From: an uncultured cyanobacterium
GTDB lineage: Bacteria; Cyanobacteriota; Cyanobacteriia; Cyanobacteriales; CAWUOF01
Length of the DNA stretch: 64,000 nucleotides
NCBI GenBank assembly: GCA_963744145.1
Contig: CAVUSO010000001.1
Location: 7,200,001-7,264,000, forward strand
Direction: 5' to 3'
Positions 62,774 through 64,000 of this stretch are shown piece after piece (the stretch's first letter is position 1; each line of letters starts with the position of its first letter). The notes below the pieces were generated by a model that saw only the letters and a list, made by a program, of their open reading frames with translations, was not told where the DNA came from and did no database searches. The position numbers and the translations under genes are program-made.

Positions 62774-64000
62774 TCAGGTGGTAGAGTTTTCTATCATCAT
62801 CCAAGCACGGAGAATTTCTGCTACACTCCAAGCTTGAGCAATACATCCCCTTGGGTGCATTGGTGCATCCCCATCAAAGATTTCACTAATTGTACCAATT
62901 CCAGCCGTATGCAGGTGATGGGCGATCGGTTGTAAGATTAATTGTGCTTGTTTCTGGTCATGGTAAACTCGAAAATGGGCTAAAGCAAACGCTCCTAGTA
63001 ACCAAGTCCAAACTGTTCCTTGATGATAAGCACCATCTCGTTGTAATCGATCGCCACCATAATGACCCCGATATTCACGAGAATGAGGAGCTAGAGTCCT
63101 TAAACCATGGGATGTGAGGAGCGATCGCTCACAAATTTCCACGATGGAGCGTTGTTGGGATCGAGTTAAAGGACTACGTGGTAAGGAGACAGCTAAGATT
63201 TGATTAGGTCGTAAAGAGGAATCGTTACCATCGGGAGTATCTAACACATCATAACAATAGCCAAGTCCTTCTTGCCAAAAACGCGCAAATCCAACAGTAG
63301 CTAGAGTAATTAGTTCTTCGTAATCTTCGACCGGTTTACCCAATAAACGGGCAAAATTGGCCATTGTATGTAAAGCATTATACCAGAGAGCATTGATTTC
63401 TACTGGTTTGCCAATCCTGGGAGTGACTACCCAATGGTCAATTTTTGCGTCCATCCAGGTTAGTTGTACTCCTGGTTGTCCAGCATAAATCAATCCATCA
63501 TCAGGATCGAGATGAATATTGTAGCGAGTTCCTTGTTGATGCCATTGGATTATATCTACTAAGATTAACCAAAGTTCTTCTACCAGTGCTAAATCTCCTG
63601 TTGCTTCGTAGTAACTGTGTAGTGCTTCAAAATACCACAGAGTTGCATCAACAGTATTATATTCAGGAGTTTCCCCCTCATCGGGAAAACGATTAGGTAG
63701 CATTCCTTGATTGACGTAACGAGCAAAAGTTTGCAAAATTGCTTTTGCTATTTGGGGTTGTCCTGTGCAAAGGGTAAGTCCTGGTAAGCTAATCATGGTA
63801 TCCCGTCCCCAGTCGCTAAACCAAGGATAACCAGCAATAATTGTTTTTCCCTCTGGTGCTTCGGGAATAGGACGATTGACGATAAACTGATCAGCAGCTA
63901 GAACTAATTGCTTGATCCAATCAGGGGAACTAGCAGGTAAGCTGTATTGTTTTTGCTTTAGACCTTGAATTTGATTTGCTTGGGAATTTTCAAGTAATTT
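62774..64000 (-). CDS. Amylo-alpha-1,6-glucosidase (glycogen debranching enzyme), 5' part outside the window
   Basis: Frame continues upstream of 63796 (AGYPWFSDWGRDT); TWMDAK, GKPVEINALW, RPNQ, YHQGTVW, AQAWS. Confidence 0.92.
   Translation of the reverse strand, partial: KLLENSQANQIQGLKQKQYSLPASSPDWIKQLVLAADQFIVNRPIPEAPEGKTIIAGYPWFSDWGRDTMISLPGLTLCTGQPQIAKAILQTFARYVNQGMLPNRFPDEGETPEYNTVDATLWYFEALHSYYEATGDLALVEELWLILVDIIQWHQQGTRYNIHLDPDDGLIYAGQPGVQLTWMDAKIDHWVVTPRIGKPVEINALWYNALHTMANFARLLGKPVEDYEELITLATVGFARFWQEGLGYCYDVLDTPDGNDSSLRPNQILAVSLPRSPLTRSQQRSIVEICERSLLTSHGLRTLAPHSREYRGHYGGDRLQRDGAYHQGTVWTWLLGAFALAHFRVYHDQKQAQLILQPIAHHLHTAGIGTISEIFDGDAPMHPRGCIAQAWSVAEILRAWMMIENSTT

Overview
AT-rich cyanobacterial chromosome segment (dense HIP1 octamers GCGATCGC; petG, cytM, CAAD protein, SLH-OprB porins). 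The backbone is housekeeping genes (aroA, ldhA, rsmD, plsC, tadA, grxC, bioD, prs, exbBD). The most notable part is a ~14 kb defence island (47609-61731) wedged between a branched-chain amino-acid ABC binding-protein gene and a permease gene. It holds an array-less type III-C CRISPR effector operon (cmr1-cmr6-cas10/csx11-cmr4-cmr5-cmr3) with an ABC-ATPase plus TOPRIM-like gene pair translationally coupled inside it. Divergently next to it is a PARIS-like ATPase + DUF4435-like pair whose second gene is IS-disrupted. A second candidate system is a cluster with two NtcA boxes: nicotianamine-synthase-like enzyme, active-site-altered NadC paralogue, DMT transporter and porin. Three apparently identical copies of a 1907-bp IS (one partial) and one IS5/ISL2-type element disrupt three genes. 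MITEs, REP-like palindromes and 22-24-nt micro-elements that nest in each other are abundant. All family assignments are from motif recognition by eye; no searches were run.
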